From Bacteroidota bacterium (GTDB lineage Bacteria > Bacteroidota > Bacteroidia > Chitinophagales > Chitinophagaceae): a stretch of 64,000 nt of DNA. Below are positions 27,466 through 36,728 of this stretch, one piece after another. The DNA is taken from positions 28,658 to 92,657 of the forward strand of contig JAPLEI010000078.1 of assembly GCA_026391195.1 (NCBI GenBank), read 5' to 3'. The notes beneath the pieces are model-generated. The model did no database searches. It was not told the origin of the DNA and saw only the letters and a list, made by a program, of their open reading frames with translations. Position 1 is the first letter of the stretch; each line of letters opens with the position of its first letter. The translations under genes and the position numbers were made by a program.

Positions 27466-29400
27466 ATGAAAAAAATCATCTCTGGAATTTTACTGAGTAT
27501 TAGCCTGTTTAATGTAGGCATTGCACAGGTATGTTCCGGTAGTTTAGGAGATCCCATACTAAAAGTTACATTCGGGTCAGACGCTACCCCCAAAGGCCCA
27601 TTACGTGCGGGGATTACCAATTTAATTTATACGGGTAGTGGTTGCCCGAATGACGGGCAGTATGCCATTACCAATATGTCGTTTGGCTGTTGGGGAAATA
27701 GCTGGCATTTGATGGTGGGCGACCATACCGGTGATGTGGGAGGCCGATTTATGATTGTAAATGCTTCTCCTGAGCCGAACACTTTTTATGTGGATACTAT
27801 TAACGGATTATGTGGCGGAGTAACTTATGAGATGGCAGTTTTTATTGCTAATATATTGCGGCCCTCCAGTTGTGGGGGAAAGGGGGTTATGCCGAATCTT
27901 ACTTTTACGATTGAAAATTTATCCGGTTCGGTTTTGCATAGTTATCAAACGGGTGATATACCATTGGAGAATCAAAAGGTTTGGAAAAAATTCGGCACTT
28001 TATTTCAGGCGCCTGCCGGTGTGGGGAAGTTGATTTTACGCATCGTGAATAATGCACCTGGTGGAATTAATTGCGGAAATGATTTCGCATTGGATGATAT
28101 TACTTTTCGGGCCTGTGGGCCAATTATAGCCGCGCAGATTGATGGCAGGCAGGTTGCCGAATTAGATATTTGTGAAAATGTGCAGCAGCCGATTTTATTT
28201 GCTGCCCAACTTCCTACTTCATTTATTCAGCCTCGGATTCAGTGGCAGCTAAGTTTGGATAGTGGGAAAACATTTACTGATATTCCCGGGGAACAATCAA
28301 CCAACTTTTTACGAAAAAACACACCAGGCGGAAGCTATCAATACAGGGCTATGGTTTACGAAGCTGCCAATGCTTCTTCACCGGCTTGCCGTTTCTCGTC
28401 TAATATCACCATTGTAAATATCAATCCGATGCCGGCTCAAACGGCGCCTACTAAATTTTTTGGTTGTGCGGGGTCGGATTTTTATTTGCAATCAGTAGAA
28501 GGTACCGGCCTCAGCTATCAATGGCAGGGACCGAATGGATTTACTGCTTCGGTAAAAGATCCGATCATTACAAATATTACCTATGCTGATTCGGGATTGT
28601 ACCAGGTGCGAATTATAACCGACCGAGCTTGCGAGCGAACAGATAGTTTTTATATTCGAGTTTACCCGGGCACTTACTTATCAGCGGGTTCCGGTGGAAC
28701 GATTTGTGAAGGAGAAGAGATTGCATTACGCGCCCAAGGGGAAGGACAGTTCAGGTGGACTCCCAGTACTGGTTTGTCAGACAGTACATCCCCTAATCCC
28801 AAGGCCCATCCGATTATAACCACGAATTATCAGGTGATGCTCACCAATCGGTATGGCTGTAAAGATTCTGCAGAAGTAGTGGTGCGGGTGAACCCAAAAC
28901 TAGGGGTAGGTGCCGGACCCGACAGGGGAATGTTCGAGGGCGACACATTGATATTACAAGGTTCGGTGACTGGTGATCCGCTCGATTTTTATTGGCTGCC
29001 CAATCAATGGATGAATGATGCAAAACTATTAAAGCCGATTGTTAGCGCTACCGATAATATACGGTACACCCTCTATGCCACTTCTAAATTGGGCTGTCCC
29101 ATACAACAGGATGATGTACAGATTAGCGTGTATAAAAAACTGCGCATTCCCAATTCATTTTCACCCAATGGCGATGGGATACATGATCGATGGGTAATTG
29201 AGAATGGAAATACTTATCCAAATGGAAGCGTATCTGTTTTTAGCAGGGATGGTCGGTTGGTGTATACTGCAAAGGCTACTGCAGTTAACTGGGATGGAAC
29301 CCTACAACATAAGATTCTGCCCGTAGGAACCTATTATTATGTAATTGATTTGGGAATCAATCGACCTCTTGTTACCGGTTGGATTTGGTTGGTAAGATAG
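27466..29400 (+). CDS. T9SS type-B sorting-domain (gliding-motility-associated C-terminal domain) surface protein
   Basis: Signal peptide starts at the ATG at 27466. The C-terminus reads IPNSFSPNGDGIHDRWVIEN...GTYYYVI. Ig-like repeats lie in the middle of the protein. Confidence 0.85.
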   Translation: MKKIISGILLSISLFNVGIAQVCSGSLGDPILKVTFGSDATPKGPLRAGITNLIYTGSGCPNDGQYAITNMSFGCWGNSWHLMVGDHTGDVGGRFMIVNASPEPNTFYVDTINGLCGGVTYEMAVFIANILRPSSCGGKGVMPNLTFTIENLSGSVLHSYQTGDIPLENQKVWKKFGTLFQAPAGVGKLILRIVNNAPGGINCGNDFALDDITFRACGPIIAAQIDGRQVAELDICENVQQPILFAAQLPTSFIQPRIQWQLSLDSGKTFTDIPGEQSTNFLRKNTPGGSYQYRAMVYEAANASSPACRFSSNITIVNINPMPAQTAPTKFFGCAGSDFYLQSVEGTGLSYQWQGPNGFTASVKDPIITNITYADSGLYQVRIITDRACERTDSFYIRVYPGTYLSAGSGGTICEGEEIALRAQGEGQFRWTPSTGLSDSTSPNPKAHPIITTNYQVMLTNRYGCKDSAEVVVRVNPKLGVGAGPDRGMFEGDTLILQGSVTGDPLDFYWLPNQWMNDAKLLKPIVSATDNIRYTLYATSKLGCPIQQDDVQISVYKKLRIPNSFSPNGDGIHDRWVIENGNTYPNGSVSVFSRDGRLVYTAKATAVNWDGTLQHKILPVGTYYYVIDLGINRPLVTGWIWLVR

Positions 29401-29408
29401 GAAGACTG

Positions 29409-30440
29409 TTATCGATACACCCGAACATAATCTACTTCGTATTGAGCCGAAGTGAATTGAGGGTCTACGGTTCCACCAAATGTTCCACCCATTGCCATGT
29501 TTAAGAGGACGAAAAACTTTTGATTAAATGGCATGGTAGTGGTGCTATTGCCTGTACTAAAAAGCGGGGTGCCATCATAGAAAAACTGAATTATATCGGG
29601 TGACCATAGAGCAGTATAGGTATGAAATTCTGTGGCTACATTGCTTTTTAATGCAGAGGCGGATACGGCTTGTCCACCCGAACGCCCAGGATAATGCAGG
29701 GCAACATATATTTTATTCAGATCATTGCCTTTATGTTCCATGATATCAATTTCTCCGCAGGCAGGCCATCCTGCGCTGGTAATATTATCTCCCATCATCC
29801 AAAAAGCAGGCCAGGTTCCAGCATCTGCTGGTAGTTTAGCCCGACACTCAATTTTGCCGTATTGAAAAGAAAATTTTCCTTTGGAAAGTAATCTTGCTGA
29901 TGTATATGGACTACCACTAAATGATTCTCTTTTGGCAATTATTTTAAGGGTGCCGTTGGAAACAGCGGCATTGTCGGTTCGGTTGGTGTAATATTGAAGC
30001 TCACTGTTACCCCATCCTCCCGCTCCAACGTCATACCCCCACTTGGTGGCATCAGGAGCTCCGGTTCCATCAAATTCATCTGACCAGAAAAGAGTCAGCT
30101 TTAAAAATACAACGATATCTGTTCCTGTAGCAATGGTTTGATTACCTGCCCCCTTAGCGGTAACGTTCACCTGATATAAACCGGTTTTGCTATACTTATA
30201 AGTAAGACTTCCGGAGGTGGATGTTTGCGTAACGCCATTACCCAAATCAAATTCGTAACTCACGGCATTTTTAGCGCTGGCAACAAAAGATACATTGCCA
30301 CTACTATCTGTTGCAACGGTGGCGGATAGCGTGAGTCCTTCCGGGGCAGGAGTAACAGGGGTTGAATCACCTTTAGAGCAGGCTGCTAATCCTACCAAAA
30401 AACCGGTTGAAAAAAGAAGCTGAAATAGCAGTTTTTGCAT
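29409..30440 (-). CDS. GH16 beta-glucanase (laminarinase/lichenase-like) lipoprotein with N-terminal PKD-like domain
   Basis: Lipobox LAACS. It has the GH16 catalytic motif GEIDIMEH (ExDxxE). Confidence 0.85.
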   Translation of the reverse strand: MQKLLFQLLFSTGFLVGLAACSKGDSTPVTPAPEGLTLSATVATDSSGNVSFVASAKNAVSYEFDLGNGVTQTSTSGSLTYKYSKTGLYQVNVTAKGAGNQTIATGTDIVVFLKLTLFWSDEFDGTGAPDATKWGYDVGAGGWGNSELQYYTNRTDNAAVSNGTLKIIAKRESFSGSPYTSARLLSKGKFSFQYGKIECRAKLPADAGTWPAFWMMGDNITSAGWPACGEIDIMEHKGNDLNKIYVALHYPGRSGGQAVSASALKSNVATEFHTYTALWSPDIIQFFYDGTPLFSTGNSTTTMPFNQKFFVLLNMAMGGTFGGTVDPQFTSAQYEVDYVRVYR

Positions 30441-30565
30441 GTGAAAAGGAGTTAATGTCGAAAAAAAATAAAATTACTTAAAAAACGTGTATCGTTCGGG
30501 AAAATCAGCACTTTCAAAAAGTTTTGCCTAGTATTTAGTACTTTCAGTTTACCTAAATTTCCGGT

Positions 30566-32350
30566 ATGATTGTAAAGCCTGCAAGTTTGTTTAGAAATGG
30601 TGCTATATTATTTTTTTTATTGATAGCAGGGGTCTCCTATTCCCAGAAAATCAGTCAACAAATTTTCATCAATCAACTGGGATATTATTCTGTTGGATCA
30701 AAGAGGGCGGTGGTTAGTGGGCTCACTAATGCTGCAGATTTTTATATTACTGCTTCTAATTTACGAGACACGTTTTATAGAGGTAAACTTTCTGATGAGC
30801 GGGTTTCGGCTTATTCTTCCCTGCGAACTCGTATCGCTGATTTTAGTGCGTTTGAAAAGCCCGGTAGTTATGTTTTGTTTATACCCGGAGTAGGTCATTC
30901 TGCTGAATTTCGAGTGGGAGCACATATACTTCAACCTGCGGGTGCTGCAACGCTCAAAGGTTTTTATTTTCAACGATCTGCAAATGATTTGGAGGAGCGA
31001 TATGCAGGAAAGTGGCATCGGTCGGCCGGGAATACAGATAACGAGGTTTTGATACATCCATCTGCAGCTAGCGAGAAAAGACCGGCCGGAACGGTAATCA
31101 GCTCATCGGGAGGTTGGTATGATGCGGGGGATTATAATAAGTATGTGGTTAATTCGGGCATCACTATGGGAACTTTGCTATCGGCGTATGAAGACGACCC
31201 GGCTTATTATAGTCAGTTGGAAGTAAATATTCCAGAGTCGGGAGATGGTATTCCGGATATTTTAAATGAGGGGGTATTTAATTTGCGATGGATGTTAACC
31301 ATGCAGGATCCTTCGGATGGTGGCGTGTATCATAAATGTACCCATGCCTCTTTTGATGATATGGTAATGCCGGGAGTAACGCGGCAGCCACGCTGGCTTG
31401 TGCAGAAGTCTACTGCCGCCGCATTGAATCAGGCGGCGGTTATGGCTCAGGCTGCCAGGGTATTTAAGGGGTTTGCTCAGCGTTATCCGCAATTGGCGGA
31501 TAGTTGTTTGCGGCAAGCCCGTGCTGCATTTCGTTGGGCGCAACAACATCCTGATGTGGTATATAATCAGGATGCGATGAATAAAGATTTTAGTCCACCT
31601 ATTTCAACGGGAGCCTATGGCGATGGAGAATTTGGCGATGAATTTTTTTGGGCTGCTTCCGAACTGTATCTAACCACCCGTGACACATTCTATCTACCAC
31701 TCATACTAAAGTATTTGCCGGCAAAAACGAGGCTACCGAGTTGGAATCAGGTAGCTATGTTGGCAAACTATTCGCTTGTAAGATTCCGCAAAAATATTCA
31801 GAACCAGCCCTATGTAAAATTGCTTACAATAGCAAAACAACAAATACTTGAGTTGGCAGATAACTATGTACAATTTGTAAAGGCAAGTCCGCTGCATACC
31901 CCAATGGGTCAGTTGTTACAGGACTTTGTTTGGGGAAGTAATTCAACCGCTGCTAATCAGGGCATTTTATTAATCAATGCTTTTCGGGTAACTGGCAATG
32001 ATGCCTATCTGCAGGCAGCGAGAGAGAATGCCGATTATTTATTAGGTAGAAATCCAACCGGCTATTGTTTTGTTACCGGCTTGGGCAGCAAATCACCTAT
32101 GCATCCGCATCATCGGATTTCGGTGGCTGATGGAATTACAGAACCAGTACCTGGCTTATTGGTGGGTGGGCCTAACCCCGGTCGACAGGATGGATGCAGC
32201 TATACTTCTATCGAAACAGAAATGGCATATACCGACGATGATTGTTCTTATGCTAGTAATGAGATTGCCATCAACTGGAATGCGCCGGCTGTATACCTGT
32301 TTAATGCATTGGAAAAATATAGTAGCGGCAAAGCGCCAGCAAAAAAGTAA
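30566..32350 (+). CDS. GH9 endoglucanase with N-terminal Ig-like domain
   Basis: Signal peptide present. The GH9 signatures are GGWYDAGDYNKY, PHHR and YTDDDCSYASNEIAINWNAPAVY. Confidence 0.9.
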   Translation: MIVKPASLFRNGAILFFLLIAGVSYSQKISQQIFINQLGYYSVGSKRAVVSGLTNAADFYITASNLRDTFYRGKLSDERVSAYSSLRTRIADFSAFEKPGSYVLFIPGVGHSAEFRVGAHILQPAGAATLKGFYFQRSANDLEERYAGKWHRSAGNTDNEVLIHPSAASEKRPAGTVISSSGGWYDAGDYNKYVVNSGITMGTLLSAYEDDPAYYSQLEVNIPESGDGIPDILNEGVFNLRWMLTMQDPSDGGVYHKCTHASFDDMVMPGVTRQPRWLVQKSTAAALNQAAVMAQAARVFKGFAQRYPQLADSCLRQARAAFRWAQQHPDVVYNQDAMNKDFSPPISTGAYGDGEFGDEFFWAASELYLTTRDTFYLPLILKYLPAKTRLPSWNQVAMLANYSLVRFRKNIQNQPYVKLLTIAKQQILELADNYVQFVKASPLHTPMGQLLQDFVWGSNSTAANQGILLINAFRVTGNDAYLQAARENADYLLGRNPTGYCFVTGLGSKSPMHPHHRISVADGITEPVPGLLVGGPNPGRQDGCSYTSIETEMAYTDDDCSYASNEIAINWNAPAVYLFNALEKYSSGKAPAKK

Positions 32351-32531
32351 GGATACCTATTGATTGGTACCATATGTCTGGCATCTTTTGAATTTAGTAG
32401 GGTATACTCTGCTATAAATCTGTTGAATATTATAAAATCGCAACAAAAATTGCCTTTAAGAGTAGGCTTGTCTGACGATTACATGATAGTATTGTTCTAT
32501 TATTATTTTATTATTTCTATTCTTTTGATCC

Positions 32532-33113
32532 ATGAAAAAAATCTGTATGTTGTTAGTGGCGGTAATTACCGGGTTGGGTGTTGTGGCTCAGGAGACCACT
32601 GAAAAAAAGGAATCGGAAGCATGGCATCCCTATCATCGGATTAGCATACTTATGGCGAATGGTCATATTCCTGCCATGAATGCTTCCACCGGCGCTTTTA
32701 AAAACACGATTGTACCCGTTTGGGGGTTTGATTATGATTATTGGTTTCATCCCCGTTGGGCAGTGGGGTTGCATAATGACTTAATTATTCAGCAATTTAA
32801 AGTGGCAAAAGAAGAGGGTGGTGCTGTAGTAGAAAGGGTTCGTCCGTTCAGCACTTCGGTTACTGCTTTATATAAAGCAACGGAGCACCTTATTTTTACG
32901 GTCGGATTCGGGCAGGAATGGGAGAAGAGCGAACATTTACGATTGTATGATTTGGGAGTTGAATATGGATGGGAATTACCCAAGGATTGGGAATTAAGCA
33001 TCAACGGAAAGTTTGAAAAAAAGCTTACGGTATATAGTACCTGGTTATTTGGTATTGGCATCAGTAAAAAAATTATTGGCCGCAACGCTTCCTCACCTCA
33101 AAAGAAGGACTGA
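32532..33113 (+). CDS. secreted hypothetical protein (beta-rich)
   Basis: 193 aa with a signal peptide and alternating hydrophobic pattern. No motif recognised. Confidence 0.45.
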   Translation: MKKICMLLVAVITGLGVVAQETTEKKESEAWHPYHRISILMANGHIPAMNASTGAFKNTIVPVWGFDYDYWFHPRWAVGLHNDLIIQQFKVAKEEGGAVVERVRPFSTSVTALYKATEHLIFTVGFGQEWEKSEHLRLYDLGVEYGWELPKDWELSINGKFEKKLTVYSTWLFGIGISKKIIGRNASSPQKKD

Positions 33114-33126
33114 TTAATTGATTCCT

Positions 33127-33531
33127 ATGGAAAAGAGCGAAAGTAATTCACTACCAGAATCCAATGTAAAAAATCAATCTGCCCTAGAGGCTACTGTATA
33201 CGCATTGGAACGTACGCTGCTCGCCTGGATTAGAACCACGCTCGCATTATTGGGAAGTGGCATTGCCTTAGATAAAGGAATGGAATATATTCACCAAACC
33301 CGGGTATTATCGGGCACGGCATTGTTTGAAAATGCACATGTAATTGGCATTGTATTATCGTGCTTTTCTACGCTGTTACTTTTTTTGAGCACCTTGTTCA
33401 GCTATCAAAGATTAGCTCGCCTGGCTGATCAGTTGGATGCCGGACGAAAAGCAATTTTTCCTGTAATTGCAACCGCTTGCTTGGTAATTTTATTGGGGGC
33501 TACGATTTCAATTCTCCTGCTGATTAGTTAA
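33127..33531 (+). CDS. DUF202 (YidH-like) membrane protein
   Basis: LERTLLAWIRTTLALLGSGIAL is the DUF202 signature helix. There are three predicted TM segments. The ATG is at 33127. Confidence 0.75.
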   Translation: MEKSESNSLPESNVKNQSALEATVYALERTLLAWIRTTLALLGSGIALDKGMEYIHQTRVLSGTALFENAHVIGIVLSCFSTLLLFLSTLFSYQRLARLADQLDAGRKAIFPVIATACLVILLGATISILLLIS

Positions 33532-33573
33532 TTTTTCTATTAATCTCCGGCGCTTTGCCTGTAAATTGCAGGG

Positions 33574-34326
33574 ATGCCAGCTTATTTATCACTTACTGAG
33601 GGGCAATGGATAATTGCTTTATTGGGTGCTTTTATTATTGGGATGGGTAAAGCCGGCCTGAAAGGGTTAGATATGCTAAGTGTTACCCTGATGGCCATGG
33701 TTTTTGGCGGCAAGGGTTCAACTGGTGTGGTATTACCCCTTTTATGTGTGGCAGATATCGCTGCGGTTATATATTATAAACGCCATGTTAAATGGCAATA
33801 TTTTTTTCGACTGATTCCGTGGATGGTAGTGGGCATCTTGGTAGGTGTATGGGTTGGTAACCGGCTGGATGAGGCGCTGTTTAGAAAAATAATGGCTGTT
33901 ATTATTTTAGTTACTGTGCTGATGGTTTTGTTGATAGAGTTCAGGCTAAAGCAAGCTATTCCCGACAATCGTTTATTGGCCGTGTCTACCGGCTTGTTGG
34001 CAGGATTTACCACTATGATTGGAAATCTGGCTGGTGCGTTCGCTAATGTATATTTCTTGGCGATGCGGGCTCCGAAGAATGATTTTATAGGTACCACCGC
34101 ATGGATTTTTTTATGCATTAACCTATTCAAATTTCCTTTTCAGGTATGGGTATGGAAAAATATTCATTTCAACACCCTAAGTACGGATCTGCTATTACTG
34201 CCCTTATTGGCAGCTGGTTTTGCGGTTGGTATTAAGCTGAGTGGCATGTTAGATGAGCGGCTTTTTCGTAAAGTGGTAATTGTGCTTACTGTAATTGGTG
34301 GTTTAGTGATGTTGGCAAGAAATTAG
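33574..34326 (+). CDS. TauE/SafE-family (DUF81) anion exporter
   Basis: 250 aa with about 7-8 TM segments. It has the GxGKAGLKG-type N-terminal motif and a repeated half-structure typical of TauE/SafE. Confidence 0.75.
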   Translation: MPAYLSLTEGQWIIALLGAFIIGMGKAGLKGLDMLSVTLMAMVFGGKGSTGVVLPLLCVADIAAVIYYKRHVKWQYFFRLIPWMVVGILVGVWVGNRLDEALFRKIMAVIILVTVLMVLLIEFRLKQAIPDNRLLAVSTGLLAGFTTMIGNLAGAFANVYFLAMRAPKNDFIGTTAWIFLCINLFKFPFQVWVWKNIHFNTLSTDLLLLPLLAAGFAVGIKLSGMLDERLFRKVVIVLTVIGGLVMLARN

Positions 34327-34417
34327 GTATAAACACGTAAAAGTCATTTTATTATAAAATTTTTCCGAAATTGTGTCTTAGGTGATTTTTCGTCCCGATG
34401 AGGAATTACCAAAAACA

Positions 34418-34448
34418 ACTTTTGGAAAGTTCAGAACTTTCCAAAAGT
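34418..34448. promoter_or_regulatory. perfect 13-bp inverted repeat upstream of the GH3 gene
   Basis: ACTTTTGGAAAGT (34418-34430) - tcaga - ACTTTCCAAAAGT (34436-34448). It ends 36 nt before the ATG at 34484. Confidence 0.35.
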
Positions 34449-34483
34449 GTCCCCCCTATTTTTCGTACAAATACGCCCCTTCA

Positions 34484-36448
34484 ATGAAAAAGTTCCTAAA
34501 GTATACCGGTATTTTTCTCCTAACCATTATAGTAGGAATACTCCTTTTTTTATCTTTTATCTATTTCCGCTCGGCTAGTATTGCTGCAAAAAACAGCAAG
34601 CTAATAGGCGTGGAAGCCCCAACCTTATATACTGGTGGGTTTACCTTTCGCGATTTGAATAAGAACGGTAAGATTGATATTTATGAAGACCGCCGCGCTG
34701 CCCTGGAAGCCAGGGTAGATGATTTGCTAAAGCAAATGACACTGGAAGAAAAGGCTGGCTGCATGTTCATTACCATGGCCGGCATGAATTCAGATGGCGC
34801 TTTACAGGAAACCCAGTCTCCCTTTAATCCCATCTCTTTTATACTGGAATCTAATTCCACTTTGGTGCTCGCCAAAAAAATGAACCACGTAAATACATTG
34901 CAATCTCCATCCCCGGAAGCTATGGTGAATTGGCACAATGCCATTCAAAAGCTGGCCGAGCAAACCCGCTTAGGTATTCCGGTTACCGTGGCTACCGATC
35001 CGCGACATGGCGTACCCAATGCCCCCGGAGCCAGTATTTATACACCATTCTTTTCTAAATGGTGCTCTACGCTAGGACTAGCCGCTACCGGCGACACCAA
35101 CCTAGTGCGGGCATTTGGCGATATTGCCCGTCAGGAATACCTGGCACTGGGTTTCCGGCTTTCGTTGTCGCCCATGGCCGACTTGGCTACGGAACCCAGG
35201 TGGGGACGCATCAATGGTACATTTGGTGAAGATGCTGCGTTGGCTGCACGCATGACGAAAGCCTATATTCTCGGCTTTCAGGGCGATTCTATTTCGCACA
35301 AATCCGTAGAGTGCATGGTAAAGCATTTTTCCGGCGGGGGCCCTCAACTGGATGGAAATGATGCGCATTTTCCTCCTGGCAAACAGCGGTACACTGGGAA
35401 TAATTTTGCATATCATTTAATACCCTTTGAACAAGGCGCTTTTCCGGCACATGCTGCTCAGGTGATGCCCTATTATGGGATTCCGGTAGCACAAACTTCT
35501 GAAGATGTAGGCTTTGGATATAATAAAGATATTATTACAGGACTGCTCAGGAATAAGTATCATTTTGATGGAATTGTATGTACCGATTGGGGATTGGTTT
35601 CTGATGCAACCCTATGGGGCATTACTATTAAGCCGGCTTCTGCCCATGGGGTAGAGAAATTGAATCAGTTGCAGCGGGTAGCTAAAATTATCAATGCAGG
35701 CTGTGATATGCTGGGGGGCGAGGCATTGCCGGATGTGGTGGTTCAGTTAGTAAAAGCTGGCACCATCAGCGAAACCAGAATCGATAGCTCTGTAAGGAGA
35801 ATCCTTCGCGAAAAATTCAAGTTGGGTTTGTTTGATGACCCCTATATCACCGAGTCTAAGGTTAGCGTACTAAACTCAACAGCTTTTGCAAAAAAGGGAA
35901 TCGAAGCACAGCAAAAGTCGTTGGTGTTATTAAAAAATGACCAAAACATACTCCCCCTGGCCGGGAATAAAAAAGTATATCTGGAAGGATTTAATGAGCA
36001 GGAAGTGAGTGGGTATAAATCACAGATTACCGATTTGCAAAATGCCGATGTATGCATATTAAAAATCAATACCCCCAAAAATGCAGTACCGGGAACATAT
36101 ATATTGCAAAGAATTTTCAACCTGGGGTCGCTGGCATTTAACGAGAAAGAAGAAGCTGATCTTTTAAAAATCATACGCTCAAAACCCACTATCGTAGTGG
36201 TTAACTTACAGCGCCCGGCAGTAATTCCGGCCATCAATGCCGAATCTAAGGCCCTGGTTGCCGACTTTTCCAGTCAGGATAATGTGATTCTGGATTTAAT
36301 TTTTGGAAAGTTTTCGCCGCAAGGTCACCTGCCCTTCGAATTACCCTCCTCCATGGAAGCGGTATTGCAACAGAAAGAGGATCTGCCGTACGACTCAAAA
36401 AATCCCCTGTATCCCTTTGGCTTCGGACTATCCTATAACAAGAAATAG
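34484..36448 (+). CDS. glycoside hydrolase family 3 (beta-glucosidase), membrane-anchored/secreted
   Basis: Motifs KHFSGGGP and FDGIVCTDWG (nucleophile Asp). An N-terminal hydrophobic anchor starts at the ATG at 34484; the GTG at 34382 in the ORF track is unlikely. Confidence 0.85.
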   Translation: MKKFLKYTGIFLLTIIVGILLFLSFIYFRSASIAAKNSKLIGVEAPTLYTGGFTFRDLNKNGKIDIYEDRRAALEARVDDLLKQMTLEEKAGCMFITMAGMNSDGALQETQSPFNPISFILESNSTLVLAKKMNHVNTLQSPSPEAMVNWHNAIQKLAEQTRLGIPVTVATDPRHGVPNAPGASIYTPFFSKWCSTLGLAATGDTNLVRAFGDIARQEYLALGFRLSLSPMADLATEPRWGRINGTFGEDAALAARMTKAYILGFQGDSISHKSVECMVKHFSGGGPQLDGNDAHFPPGKQRYTGNNFAYHLIPFEQGAFPAHAAQVMPYYGIPVAQTSEDVGFGYNKDIITGLLRNKYHFDGIVCTDWGLVSDATLWGITIKPASAHGVEKLNQLQRVAKIINAGCDMLGGEALPDVVVQLVKAGTISETRIDSSVRRILREKFKLGLFDDPYITESKVSVLNSTAFAKKGIEAQQKSLVLLKNDQNILPLAGNKKVYLEGFNEQEVSGYKSQITDLQNADVCILKINTPKNAVPGTYILQRIFNLGSLAFNEKEEADLLKIIRSKPTIVVVNLQRPAVIPAINAESKALVADFSSQDNVILDLIFGKFSPQGHLPFELPSSMEAVLQQKEDLPYDSKNPLYPFGFGLSYNKK

Positions 36449-36458
36449 CGGGATAGGG

Positions 36459-36492
36459 GAACAGCGTTTTTGAATGCTATTCAGTGTTTTTT
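36459..36492 (+). terminator. possible terminator after GH3
   Basis: GAACAGC (36459-65) pairs with GCTATTC (36476-82) with one mismatch, followed by AGTGTTTTTT. Confidence 0.35.
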
Positions 36493-36728
36493 CAAAAAAG
36501 TGTAGGCAAACTATTTGGATTGCCCGGTTTATCAAACCCGCTATCCGCTCTTGCCGAATTGGCAGAGGGCCTGTCATTAATTCAATCAACCCCATAATCC
36601 TGTGACCGGGAAGCTGAAAAGCATCATTGAAGGTTCATATTGAAGGAATTTGAACAAACTGATACAGTTGCAAATACAAAAAAAAGCCATTTTGTAGTTC
36701 GTAATCTGCTCAACCTAAAAATCATGTT

